Both the position numbers and the translations under genes were made by a program. The notes beneath the pieces are model-generated. The model did not search any database and was not told where the DNA came from. It was given only the letters and a program-made list of their open reading frames with translations. Below are positions 19,645 through 29,064 of a DNA stretch of 64,000 nucleotides, in pieces (position 1 is the first letter of the stretch; every line of letters begins with the position of its first letter). The stretch covers positions 240,181 to 304,180 of the forward strand of contig CAVQEQ010000002.1 of the NCBI GenBank assembly GCA_963711565.1. The letters run 5' to 3'. This DNA is from an uncultured delta proteobacterium (GTDB lineage Bacteria; Desulfobacterota; Binatia; Binatales; Binataceae).

Positions 19645-19691
19645 GGCGGTGGAGTCCGCCAATAACTGCCATCAGGCCAATGACTCCTTGC
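19645..19691 (+). promoter_or_regulatory. fluoride riboswitch #6, upstream of Zn-motif/phosphoesterase/HEAT/dynamin/MFS operon
   Basis: GGCGGTGGAGTCCGCC-AATAACT-GCC-ATCA-GGC-CAATGACTCCTTG; platform hairpin GACTCCTTGC...GCGGGAGTC-GTTCCTT (19682-19725). Confidence 0.87.
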
Positions 19692-19775
19692 AGCGGGTAG
19701 AGACCCGGCGCGGGAGTCGTTCCTTCCAACGTCTCGAGTCTCCAGCCCGCTCCGAACGAAATCGGAGGTCGAGTT

Positions 19776-20600
19776 GTGCTGGAGCGACTGAAACACAATT
19801 TTCGCCTGCTGCTGAATGCTTTTGACGGCGCGGTCTGCCCGCTGTGCAACGTCCGCACGAGGCTCGAAACGTCTGAAGCTGAGCGTCTGCACGCCAAGGG
19901 AGACCTCAACGCGGCGCTGTGCGCAACGCACCTTGAGTCGTACTTTGGATGTACCGACGATCGCTCCGCGCGGGCCCGGGTGACGCGCAGGATTCTCGAA
20001 ACGATAATTGCCGGAAGACCCGCGTGTCAGGTCTGTGAATACTTGCGCCGTGTCGAGGAACGGCTGGCGCGAGCTATACGCCGGCTCGACAACCGGATGC
20101 GATTCCGCAAGGCGCTGGAGATGGCGCCGCTATTCTGCCGGCGGCACGTAAACCTCGTCGTGTCCGATCCTCTCGTCGCGAATTTTGCCCAGGTGCAACG
20201 CGCAAAGCTCCAACGTCTGCGCGACGATCTAGCCCAAGCCGAAATTCTCAATCGCGAGAGCCTCGATGCGCTGACTCTGTCAGCTATCGCGTATCTAGGC
20301 GATCTTGTTCTGGAGCAATCAGCGCTGCAACTTCAGGATTCGGCCGACATGCCCGCAGTCGAGGTTTCTGAATTTGAAAGGTGGGACGACGAACTTCAAC
20401 TCAGACATCTGGGCAAACTCGAGAGCGAGGCCGCCAGCTTGCGCTATCGGAACGCAACGCTTTCCGAAGAGAACCGCAGACTCAAGGCTGCCCGCGTGGC
20501 CAGTGAAGGCACGCGGCGCGACCTCGAGCGCGATCTGGCGCAACTCCTCGCCGCGGCGGGAGAACGCGATTCAAATTCCTTGAAGACTCCGAATCAATAA
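19776..20600 (+). CDS. hypothetical protein, DUF6062-like Cys/His motifs plus coiled coil
   Basis: CPLC...LCATH...CQVC...FCRRH; heptad-rich C-terminus. Confidence 0.7.
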   Translation: MLERLKHNFRLLLNAFDGAVCPLCNVRTRLETSEAERLHAKGDLNAALCATHLESYFGCTDDRSARARVTRRILETIIAGRPACQVCEYLRRVEERLARAIRRLDNRMRFRKALEMAPLFCRRHVNLVVSDPLVANFAQVQRAKLQRLRDDLAQAEILNRESLDALTLSAIAYLGDLVLEQSALQLQDSADMPAVEVSEFERWDDELQLRHLGKLESEAASLRYRNATLSEENRRLKAARVASEGTRRDLERDLAQLLAAAGERDSNSLKTPNQ

Positions 20601-20622
20601 CGGTGAGGATCGAATCATCTCC

Positions 20623-21318
20623 ATGCGAATCTGCATCATTTCCGACCTGCACGCGAATATCGAAGCTCTCTCAGGGTTGCCCCGCGACTATGATGAGTTG
20701 TGGGTACTCGGCGACCTGGTCAACTACGGTCCCGATCCGGCCGAGACGATCGAGTTCGTGCGCTCGCATGCCTCGACGGTCCTTCGTGGTAATCATGACA
20801 ATTCGGTGGGGTTCGGCGCGGATTGCCGATGCTCTCCCCGCTTCCGTGCGATGGCGGATGCGACGCGAGACTTTACGGTGTCTGCCATCTCAGCCGCGGA
20901 CAAGCAGTATCTCCGCAATCTTCCGACCTGTGCGTGCCGACAACTCAACGGCGATGTCTTCTTCCTGTGTCATGCCACCCCCGCTGATCTTCTCTACGAG
21001 TATCGCCCGCCCGATTCACCGCTGTGGGCCAGGGAGGAGGAGGCGAGCTCAGGAGCCAACGTCATTCTGGCCGGCCACACCCATCTGCCGTTTTCGCACA
21101 CGTTCAGGAACCGGCGAGTGGCCAATCCCGGCAGTCTGGGGCAATCGAAAGCCGGAGACTCGCGCGCCCGCTACGCGATTTGGCAGGATGGTCAAATTGA
21201 ACTCAAGGCTTATCCGTATCCGGTCGAGAAGACCGTCGCCAAAATCCTCGCTCTCCCGGTGCCCGAGGAAGTAAAGCACGACCTGGTTCAGGTCCTGCGC
21301 ACAGGAAAGGTGCCGTGA
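20623..21318 (+). CDS. calcineurin-like metallophosphoesterase
   Basis: SDLHAN, GDLVNYG, RGNHD, GHTH, NPGSLGQ. Confidence 0.93.
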   Translation: MRICIISDLHANIEALSGLPRDYDELWVLGDLVNYGPDPAETIEFVRSHASTVLRGNHDNSVGFGADCRCSPRFRAMADATRDFTVSAISAADKQYLRNLPTCACRQLNGDVFFLCHATPADLLYEYRPPDSPLWAREEEASSGANVILAGHTHLPFSHTFRNRRVANPGSLGQSKAGDSRARYAIWQDGQIELKAYPYPVEKTVAKILALPVPEEVKHDLVQVLRTGKVP

Positions 21319-22310
21319 GCGCCGGGCACAATCGCGATGTTGCGGCGCGGCCAATTGCTGATCCGGTTGGCGAGGTGAAGCTGGACGAGCTGGCACGCAG
21401 GCTGAGATCGCTGACAGAGGGGGATATCGCCGTGATCGACGCGATCGCGATCGGCGCTCCCGCGATTCCGGTTCTACGCGGACTTTTGTTTGAAAGAGAT
21501 CCCGCGGGAATTTTCGAGCCGCGGCGGCGAGCAGTTCATGCGCTCATAGTTCTCAAGGCTACCGACGCGTTGAAAGAGTTTGTCGCGGGCTGGAAGCCGG
21601 CTGCGGATCCCGTCGAACGCTTCGGCGACGAGGTGGTGCTGGGCGCTGCGGCCAGGGCGCTCGGCACGACCCTCAATGATGAGTTCTACCCCGTGCTCGC
21701 AGCCGTCGCCGGCAAGTATCCGGTATCGGAAGTCATCGAGGCACTGGGATACTTCAGACGCTCTGAGTCGATTCCGATTCTGCTTGCGGCCCTGGCGGAC
21801 GATTTCAGCCGGACTGCGGCCGAACAGGCATTCAGATTACTCGGTCAACCCGCGGCTCCGGCTCTGATGGAGGTCGCGTCGCGTTGCGGCACAAATTTCA
21901 GCGGACGCGAAAGTCAATCGAGCATTCGGCAGCGGCGCAGCGCCTTGAGACTGATGCTCGAGCTCGGTCCCACTCGCGAGCTCTGGGAGCGCTTGAGCGA
22001 CCTTGTACAGGATTCGGACACCGAAATTGCGGTGCTCGGATGCCGGATCGGTCTCGCCGCGGCTGGCGATACTGCTGGGCGCGATTGCGCGTGCAGGCTG
22101 GTGGCGCTTCTGCCGCGAGCTCGATGGCCCCTCAATCAGGAAATTGAAGACTGCTTAAGAGACAACCTTGCCATAGCCTGTGAGTTCGTTGATCGCGCGT
22201 TGTCAGGATGGATAGGCGGCAGCACCAACGAAATTGAGCGCGCACGGTTCAAACGATCGCTTAGAAGAGTGAAAGCGCTCGGGTCTGCAAGACTCGACGC
22301 TGAGAGCTGA
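21315..22310 (+). CDS. HEAT-repeat / alpha-solenoid protein
   Basis: AIPVLRGLL, IEALG...SIPILLAALAD..R.AA..A...LG.PA.PAL; GTGA overlap. Confidence 0.7.
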   Translation: MSAGHNRDVAARPIADPVGEVKLDELARRLRSLTEGDIAVIDAIAIGAPAIPVLRGLLFERDPAGIFEPRRRAVHALIVLKATDALKEFVAGWKPAADPVERFGDEVVLGAAARALGTTLNDEFYPVLAAVAGKYPVSEVIEALGYFRRSESIPILLAALADDFSRTAAEQAFRLLGQPAAPALMEVASRCGTNFSGRESQSSIRQRRSALRLMLELGPTRELWERLSDLVQDSDTEIAVLGCRIGLAAAGDTAGRDCACRLVALLPRARWPLNQEIEDCLRDNLAIACEFVDRALSGWIGGSTNEIERARFKRSLRRVKALGSARLDAES

Positions 22311-22315
22311 TCGAT

Positions 22316-24799
22316 ATGTCAGAGGCGGCGTCGCAGATGGCCAACTTCGCGGGTGACGCGATCCGCCGCTACGACGATCTCAAACTTGAGATCGCGGCAA
22401 TCGCGCAGGCGGCGATGCTTCAGTGTGGGAAAGACAAGGACCCTGAAGGCGAACGTTCGTTCCAGCAGTTGCCGGCGCGGTTGGCGGAGGATCGCTTCAA
22501 CCTCGCCGTCGTCGGCCCGTTTAGTCGCGGCAAAAGCAGCTTGATGAACGCGATCCTTGGATTCGACGGCTTGCCTACCGGCATCCTGCCCCACACATCG
22601 GTCATCACGACAGTGAGTTACGGGCCCCGCGAGCGCGTCCTCGTCCGCTGCGACGGCTGGTCGTTGTCTGAGGAGATTAGACTCGATCAACTCGAAGAAT
22701 ATGTCACCGAACGCGGAAATCCTGGGAATCGGCGGCGCGTGGCGTTGGCGGAGATCGAGCTGCCCGCGGAGATTTTGCTGCACGGCCTCCACTTCATCGA
22801 TACACCCGGTCTTGGTTCCCCGATCGTCGCGAACACGAACACAACCGAACGTTTCCTTCCCGAGATCGATGCGGCAATATTCGTCTCGAGTTTCGATTTC
22901 GCCCTCAGCGAGGCCGACATTGAATTCCTCCGCAGAGTTCACGCGACCGTCGGCGTCGTGTTCGTCGTCCTCAACAAATTGGATCTCGTGTCGGATTCGG
23001 AGCGCGAAGAAGTCCTGAGATTCGTCCGCGATCGTCTCGATCGGGAACTGGGAATCGGAGGTTACAAACTCTTCGCCGTATCCGCTAAACGCGGGCTGGA
23101 AGCGAAGCTGCGCGGCGACTCAAGCAATCTGGCCCAGTCCGGATTGTCTGATCTGGAAGCCGCGCTCGCTATGTTCATGACCCGCGATAAGACTCGCCAG
23201 TTGGCAGTGCGCGTGATGGACCGGCTCGTCACGCACCTGCAGCGCGAGCGGATGCATGCCGGCTTGGCCGCGACCGCGGAGCGGTCTCCCGCGCAGGTCT
23301 CCGTTGCTCTCGACAAATTCGATGAAGACCTGGCGAAGCTCAATGCGCGCCGCGCGGAGCTCGTCACTAATCTTCAGACCATTGGAATTGAAGCACCGCG
23401 TTCCCTTGAACCTCGCATCGACCTTGCTTTCGCGAACCTTAGGCAAAGCGCCCTCAAGAAATTCAAACCTGATTTTTCAGGCAGCAGAATGTTTTCGAAG
23501 CCGGGCGCATTCGAATCCTTGACGCGCAATGTCTCGACATTTTGCGAGCGATCGCTCGCGCGTGAGCTGAGGGTCTACGAGGCCGCCCTGAACGAGCACT
23601 TCGAACGGAATGCGGCTGTGGTCCTCGCCCAAATCTACGCGCTGCCGGAAGAACTCTTCGCTATCGCGATAAACGGCGACGCAGGCAGTCGCGAGACGGC
23701 AACGCCGACCACGGATATTGCTCGGCCCGATGTGGTAATCGGCGGATTAGCCCGCTTCAATTGGAATCCGAGCCTGCCCTGGTGGGCGTACGTCGCTCCG
23801 TCGCGTTGGTTTCCGAGCTTGATTGTAAGCCGATTTTCCACGGCGCTCGATAATTTGCTTGCTCAATATCGGTCTAACGTCGATGCGGCAATCAGCAGCG
23901 GCGTACGCGAATATGGCGATAGAGTAGGCTTCGACATCGGGAGAGGGATCGAAGCGAGCGCCAATCGCATCAAAGAATTGCTGCGGTCGAAAGTGCCGGC
24001 GACCGGGCGCAACGTATTCGACGAACTGCTGAACCGAGCCATAGCTCAGCGACGACAATTCGACAGCAACGGGGAGGGCGAGAAGTCACCGAACAACAAC
24101 GGCTCGGTTAGCTCCCGAGGTACAGCCGGAAAGCCCTCGCCCGCCGCGGGCGCTGTGCGCGCGTGTTCAGTTTGCAATGCGGTAGTCAGAGCGGTTTTCG
24201 ATTTTCTGAGCAAGCTGCAATACGAATTGAGCATGGAGGACGGCGCTCAACGTCAGCACGCCGAGACGGGAGGCTTTTGCCCGGTTCACACTTGGCTCTA
24301 TGCGAAGATGACCTCGCCGTTGGGCGTAGCGCGCGCCTATCCGACCGTCCTCAAGGCTCGCGCAGCCGAGTTGAGCAATCTCTGTCGAACTGCGGAAACG
24401 ATCGAAGAACTGGCAAGCGGCGTCAACGATTCATCAAGTTTGCATCCAGACTGCAAAGTCTGCGGGGTTGCGACTGACGCACGTGACGAGGCGGTCGCTC
24501 GCCTGCTCACCAGCTTGCTTGCGAGCGACTCACAGGAGCCTCCCTCACTTTGCCTGCCACACTTGCAGCCGGCCTTGAGCCGATGCACTGATCTGAAAAG
24601 TGGCCGGGAGCTGGTGGGCGAATGCAGCCGGGTCCTGGACCGCGTCGCGGACGATATGCGCCGTTATGCGCTCAAGCGCGACGCCATCCGGCGAAATCTG
24701 ACCACTGCGAACGAACGCGAAGCACATCAAGTCGGACTCAGTAAACTCGCCGGTGACAGGCGACTGTCATTGACTGAGACCGAAGACGATCAGCTGTGA
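22316..24799 (+). CDS. dynamin-like GTPase fused to C-terminal DUF6062-like Cys/His domain
   Basis: GPFSRGKSS, LPTGILPHTS, DTPG, NKLD; C-terminal CSVC..GFCPVH..CKVC..LCLPH. Confidence 0.88.
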   Translation: MSEAASQMANFAGDAIRRYDDLKLEIAAIAQAAMLQCGKDKDPEGERSFQQLPARLAEDRFNLAVVGPFSRGKSSLMNAILGFDGLPTGILPHTSVITTVSYGPRERVLVRCDGWSLSEEIRLDQLEEYVTERGNPGNRRRVALAEIELPAEILLHGLHFIDTPGLGSPIVANTNTTERFLPEIDAAIFVSSFDFALSEADIEFLRRVHATVGVVFVVLNKLDLVSDSEREEVLRFVRDRLDRELGIGGYKLFAVSAKRGLEAKLRGDSSNLAQSGLSDLEAALAMFMTRDKTRQLAVRVMDRLVTHLQRERMHAGLAATAERSPAQVSVALDKFDEDLAKLNARRAELVTNLQTIGIEAPRSLEPRIDLAFANLRQSALKKFKPDFSGSRMFSKPGAFESLTRNVSTFCERSLARELRVYEAALNEHFERNAAVVLAQIYALPEELFAIAINGDAGSRETATPTTDIARPDVVIGGLARFNWNPSLPWWAYVAPSRWFPSLIVSRFSTALDNLLAQYRSNVDAAISSGVREYGDRVGFDIGRGIEASANRIKELLRSKVPATGRNVFDELLNRAIAQRRQFDSNGEGEKSPNNNGSVSSRGTAGKPSPAAGAVRACSVCNAVVRAVFDFLSKLQYELSMEDGAQRQHAETGGFCPVHTWLYAKMTSPLGVARAYPTVLKARAAELSNLCRTAETIEELASGVNDSSSLHPDCKVCGVATDARDEAVARLLTSLLASDSQEPPSLCLPHLQPALSRCTDLKSGRELVGECSRVLDRVADDMRRYALKRDAIRRNLTTANEREAHQVGLSKLAGDRRLSLTETEDDQL

Positions 24800-24847
24800 C
24801 GAAACAGAATGCCCCGGTTAGCATCTGAAGCTGGTTGGAGTTGTTGG

Positions 24848-26056
24848 ATGAATCTGCGACCCGGACCTGAAGAACCCGACCTCGAACCGGCTGGAGCGGC
24901 CGAACCCTGGCTGAATCGCAATATAGTCGGCATGGGAATCTCCAGTCTGTTTTCGGACTGGGGCCACGAGATGGCCACCGCGATCCTGCCACTGTTCATT
25001 GTGACGATCGGTGCTTCCCCTGCCGCACTCGGAGTAATCGAAGGCGCCTCCGACGGCGCGGCTACTTTCGCAAAGCTCGCCGGTGGACGGCTTGCCGATC
25101 GAGTGGGAGTGCGGCACCTCGCCGCGACTCTCGGCTATCTGATAACTGGACTCGCGACCGGCTCATTTGCACTCGCTCAGACATGGTTCGAATTGTTGAT
25201 CGCGCGCACCGTGGGATGGATGGCGCGTGGCGTACGCGGACCTTGCCGCGACAACCTGTTGGTCGAATCAGTTCCGGCCGCGAAGGTCGGCACCGCCTTC
25301 GGCTTCCATCGCTCGTTCGACACGCTCGGGGCGATCATTGGTCCGCTGTGCGCTATGTTTCTGTTGCATCGGATCGGCTTCCGCAGCATCTTCGTGCTGA
25401 GCCTCGTCCCGGGAGTCTTATCAGCAGTCTCATTTTTCTTCTTCGTCCGTGAACCTAAGGAGGAGCATCTCGAAGGCCCCCGCGCGTTTCCGGGATGGAA
25501 CGCCGCAATGCCGCCGGCGTTTCGGCGCTTCCTGCTCGCGGTTGGCGTCTTCGGGATAGGCGACTTCGCGCACAGCATGCTCATCCTTCGCGCGGCCCAG
25601 TTGATGGGCTCCTCGGCCAAAGCGATGAGCATCGCAGTCGGTCTGTACGTCGTCCACAACGTCGCGCATGCGATATTGGACTATCCGATCGGCGTCGCGG
25701 GCGATCGCTATCAGCGGCGTTATCTGCTGGCGGGATGGTACGTCGTAAGCCTGATCGCGGCCATTGGATTCGCAATTGGACCAACCAGCTTCGTATCGCT
25801 GGTGGTTCTCTTTATTCTCGAAGGCACGGTGATGGCTGCTGAAGAAACGCTTGAGTCGGCTGTGGCCGCTGATCTCTTGCCTGCGAATGTACGCGGCACT
25901 GGTTTCGGAATCCTGGCCGGCGTGAATGGGGTCGGCGACTTGGTGTCGAGCGTCGCAGTCGGGTTACTGTGGACTCATCTATCGGCGGAGGCTGCATTTG
26001 GCTACGCCGCTTTGATGAGCGCAATGGGTTCGGTACTGCTTTTCCTCGCCGTATGA
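24848..26056 (+). CDS. MFS transporter
   Basis: about 12 hydrophobic segments; SSLFSD..HEM, G.LADRVG, FGFHRSFDTLGA; GGAG before ATG 24848. Confidence 0.92.
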   Translation: MNLRPGPEEPDLEPAGAAEPWLNRNIVGMGISSLFSDWGHEMATAILPLFIVTIGASPAALGVIEGASDGAATFAKLAGGRLADRVGVRHLAATLGYLITGLATGSFALAQTWFELLIARTVGWMARGVRGPCRDNLLVESVPAAKVGTAFGFHRSFDTLGAIIGPLCAMFLLHRIGFRSIFVLSLVPGVLSAVSFFFFVREPKEEHLEGPRAFPGWNAAMPPAFRRFLLAVGVFGIGDFAHSMLILRAAQLMGSSAKAMSIAVGLYVVHNVAHAILDYPIGVAGDRYQRRYLLAGWYVVSLIAAIGFAIGPTSFVSLVVLFILEGTVMAAEETLESAVAADLLPANVRGTGFGILAGVNGVGDLVSSVAVGLLWTHLSAEAAFGYAALMSAMGSVLLFLAV

Positions 26057-26475
26057 ACTGGTCCCACGTCAGAAGGATCTCAATTGTGATGCGTGCGCTG
26101 GAAGACGCCACGCTCGAGATTGAAGGCGCCCTCGAGACTCGCGGCGATCGCACGCGCCTGCTGACTACGCTTGAGGACGATATTGACGACTCTGTAAAGC
26201 CGATAATCCTCGGTAAGATGGGACAGATTCGGTCGGAGATCCGCGACCTGAAGAGTTACTACGACCTGGAGTCGATTACGGTCTCCAGCCGGCGTCATAT
26301 CTCAACCAAGCTTGCGATCCTGGCGATCGATCTGACCGAGTGCCTCTCGCAGTACCTTCGCAGCTACGGCGAAGTTCCAGAAGCGGAACGAGCTACGCTC
26401 GACGAGCGGGTGTCACGATTGGAAGCGCTGGTTAACGAAGCGAGCAAACTCATCGTCTCCAATCGCAGAGGTTGA
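26053..26475 (+). CDS. hypothetical helical protein (140 aa), last gene of operon
   Basis: ATGA overlap with MFS; MNWSHVRRISIV...LRSYGEV. Confidence 0.7.
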   Translation: MNWSHVRRISIVMRALEDATLEIEGALETRGDRTRLLTTLEDDIDDSVKPIILGKMGQIRSEIRDLKSYYDLESITVSSRRHISTKLAILAIDLTECLSQYLRSYGEVPEAERATLDERVSRLEALVNEASKLIVSNRRG

Positions 26476-26659
26476 TCTGCCCGGCCTCTTCTCGACTTCG
26501 CTATATCCCATGTTCATGATCGGATTCTCCCACTGCATGTTCCTGACGAAGCATGCCCGCGGTTTGCGGTCAAACTAATTTCAGGCCGCACCTGTCGGCG
26601 GGGGCTGGCTTGCCTTCGAGACAAACCAGCCCCGCTGCAGGACTCGCGGAAAGGTCTGG

Positions 26660-27997
26660 TTATGGAGCCGCTTTTACCATCGCGTCCGGGTCGAAGAAGC
26701 TGCGGTCCACCGCGCCCATATTGATATACCAGCATTCCTTTTCCGGAGTGTTGCGACTTGGCAGATAGCACATCGCCGACATTCCGGTTTGCACGTCGGT
26801 GGCAGCCGCTCCAACGACGAACGAGCGCTTGAACGGATAGATCGCTACGCGCGCGTCGGGCACCGGTCGATCGCGATAAGTCAGCCAGTAGATGTGGTCT
26901 TGCCACAGCTGACCCTGTGAATCGTAGGCGTCCTCATAAAGCGGGAACCATACTTCGCTGTCGATGTAGAGCACTGTGCGCGATTGCAGCGTCTGCGAGG
27001 CGTTCGAGTGCCTGGGGGTAGCTTCCACGATGTACATTTGGCGCGTCTCCCAGTTTTCCGGGCACGCACTTCCGCCGCCGTCGGTGAGGCAGGTGACTTC
27101 GGGCGAATGGGCCGCGTGGACCACGCCGAGCATGCTCTTCGAACCCAGAAATTTATAGTTGTACTCCTCGACCTTGGCGTTGAAGCCGGAGTAGTGATCC
27201 GGATCGAACACCACGATATTGCCGCCGCCCTCGCTCGGCAGTCCACTACCGGTTACCGCGTCGCTCATCAAGCCTTCGTCGAGGCGGCGCAGCCTGCGCG
27301 TACCGGTATTCCATGACCATATGTCGTCGGACTTTTTCGGATCGGCGTAGCGGTAGCGCAGAAAGCCGGCCCCGCGCATACCTTCCGGCGCCATGATCGG
27401 ATAAAGCCCGAACAGCCAGTAGCGCCCGGTCTTCTTGAAGTCCTGATCGATCGGCATTGGATCGACCTCGGTCCGTCCAATCTCGTTGTAGCCGGCGTAG
27501 TGACCTACATCGATCTCATCGATCACGCGGTAGGGAACGTTGCGCCCGCTCCGCACATTTTCACACGAGAAGTAACGCAGATCGTAGTCATCGGTCTGCA
27601 GCGGTCGAAACACGTTGTTCCAGATGATCTTGGTCGCAACTTTAGGATCGTTGGGATCGAGGAATGGAAATGGCTGGCCCGCTACATAGTTCTCAACCGT
27701 GCGCCCATCTGGCGACAGGCGGACCTGCTCAGAATACTTCTCGGTTGCGTCCTTGTAAGGCGGCGGCCAATCGACACGATCAGAGGGCACGATTTTCATC
27801 TCCATCCCCTGCTGGACCTTATAGAAGACCCCTGGGGAGACAAGGTCTTTGACCTTGTAAGCATTGTCCGGAGTGATGACGTCGCCGGGCTTAACCTGGG
27901 CCAATGCGAGGGAAGCCGTCAGAAAAGCCAGAAGCAAGACCGCGGGAACTATTGCAATTGCATAGAGCTGAAATTTAATTCGTTTCAACCGAAACAT
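26660..27997 (-). CDS. DUF1329-family exported protein
   Basis: signal peptide; VKPGDVIT.DN, YVAGQPFP.LDPNDP, DDIWSW...RRLRR, YD.QGQLW. Confidence 0.85.
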   Translation of the reverse strand: MFRLKRIKFQLYAIAIVPAVLLLAFLTASLALAQVKPGDVITPDNAYKVKDLVSPGVFYKVQQGMEMKIVPSDRVDWPPPYKDATEKYSEQVRLSPDGRTVENYVAGQPFPFLDPNDPKVATKIIWNNVFRPLQTDDYDLRYFSCENVRSGRNVPYRVIDEIDVGHYAGYNEIGRTEVDPMPIDQDFKKTGRYWLFGLYPIMAPEGMRGAGFLRYRYADPKKSDDIWSWNTGTRRLRRLDEGLMSDAVTGSGLPSEGGGNIVVFDPDHYSGFNAKVEEYNYKFLGSKSMLGVVHAAHSPEVTCLTDGGGSACPENWETRQMYIVEATPRHSNASQTLQSRTVLYIDSEVWFPLYEDAYDSQGQLWQDHIYWLTYRDRPVPDARVAIYPFKRSFVVGAAATDVQTGMSAMCYLPSRNTPEKECWYINMGAVDRSFFDPDAMVKAAP

Positions 27998-28144
27998 ATA
28001 AGAGCTCCTCTAGTAGCTATACCTTTCATTCTGAGGCATCATCCGTCGTCGTCGGAGCCGCGTAGAAGCGGCCGCCAACAACTGTGTCGCTGACGATGCC
28101 GGCGCGCTGGTTAGGCGCGAATCATGAGAATTTATTGGTGGAGA

Positions 28145-28492
28145 CTAGTTGCCGTCATCAGGTGACGGCGGCAGCATTCGGCGGTGAAAGTGGCATTTGG
28201 AGGGCCACTCGGTTACATCGGCTTCATTGCTCTTGTTCGCAGCCGTGGATTTTGGTTTGGACTCCACTACCACGAGTGACACCGTCATGAAGCTGCTTAT
28301 GCTGAGGTCGATAGGCCTGCTGCCGACTTCCTCGAATGTACGCGCGAGCTTTTGAATGGGAATCGCAACTGTCGGCGCGCTCGATAACGTGAGCGTAGAA
28401 AGCCTGGTAGATTGCGAAACCGCCAGCGCGCCGAGTAGCACCGCCAGCATCAGGCAAAGGGACCGCCGCAAATTGCTTCTCTCCGTGAGCAT
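28145..28492 (-). CDS. small membrane-anchored hypothetical, paralog A (possible leader peptide)
   Basis: MLTERS..RR.L.LMLA hydrophobic segment...FHRRMLPPSPDD; similar to 29065-29421. Confidence 0.6.
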   Translation of the reverse strand: MLTERSNLRRSLCLMLAVLLGALAVSQSTRLSTLTLSSAPTVAIPIQKLARTFEEVGSRPIDLSISSFMTVSLVVVESKPKSTAANKSNEADVTEWPSKCHFHRRMLPPSPDDGN

Positions 28493-28653
28493 GCGCAAAA
28501 CCCGCCGCAACACGTGAATTAATCGTACGTCCCGATATCAATTGAACTGCTGAATTCAAATCCAGTCAAGGGGCGAGGAAAACGATGAGCCGAAGGGTTG
28601 CCCTCGCGCGTTCAGCGCTGGCGCATCGAGCCCTCTCCGGTAGTGGGCTCCTT

Positions 28654-28914
28654 TCAATTCATCCACCTTTTGACGGCATCTTTAGACAGATGGCGCGGAT
28701 ATTCGTTCTGTTCGCTTTTATTCGCCTTGTCAGCCAACTTGTTTCGCTCAGCAAACGGAAGTGCAAAACACTCACGGCAGATCGCGTGATTGGCTAAAGC
28801 TCGAGCTGGGTTGATGCCGCATAGCTCTTGCAACATATCTCGGGCTTCCGGACTGAGCGGAAAGGGATCGATCTTAACTTCGATAGATGTCTTGGCGCAT
28901 AGAACGCATTTCAT
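28654..28914 (-). CDS. small Zn-finger-like hypothetical
   Basis: MKCVLC...HAICREC. Confidence 0.55.
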   Translation of the reverse strand: MKCVLCAKTSIEVKIDPFPLSPEARDMLQELCGINPARALANHAICRECFALPFAERNKLADKANKSEQNEYPRHLSKDAVKRWMN

Positions 28915-29064
28915 AAAGATTTCCGTTTTCGACGAAGTAATCTACTTTGCTCCGATGGGCGAGCACCGCCTGTCCCGTTGCGCCGGCGCGAAGACCGGCA
29001 GCGATACCTACATCGCCGACGATGTTCGATCGGTGGTTAAGCGCGAAATTCGAGAATTAAGGAG

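Noticed and set aside
26598-26635. GC-rich hairpin between convergent genes
   Set aside because: No U-tract on either strand; not callable as a terminator or ncRNA
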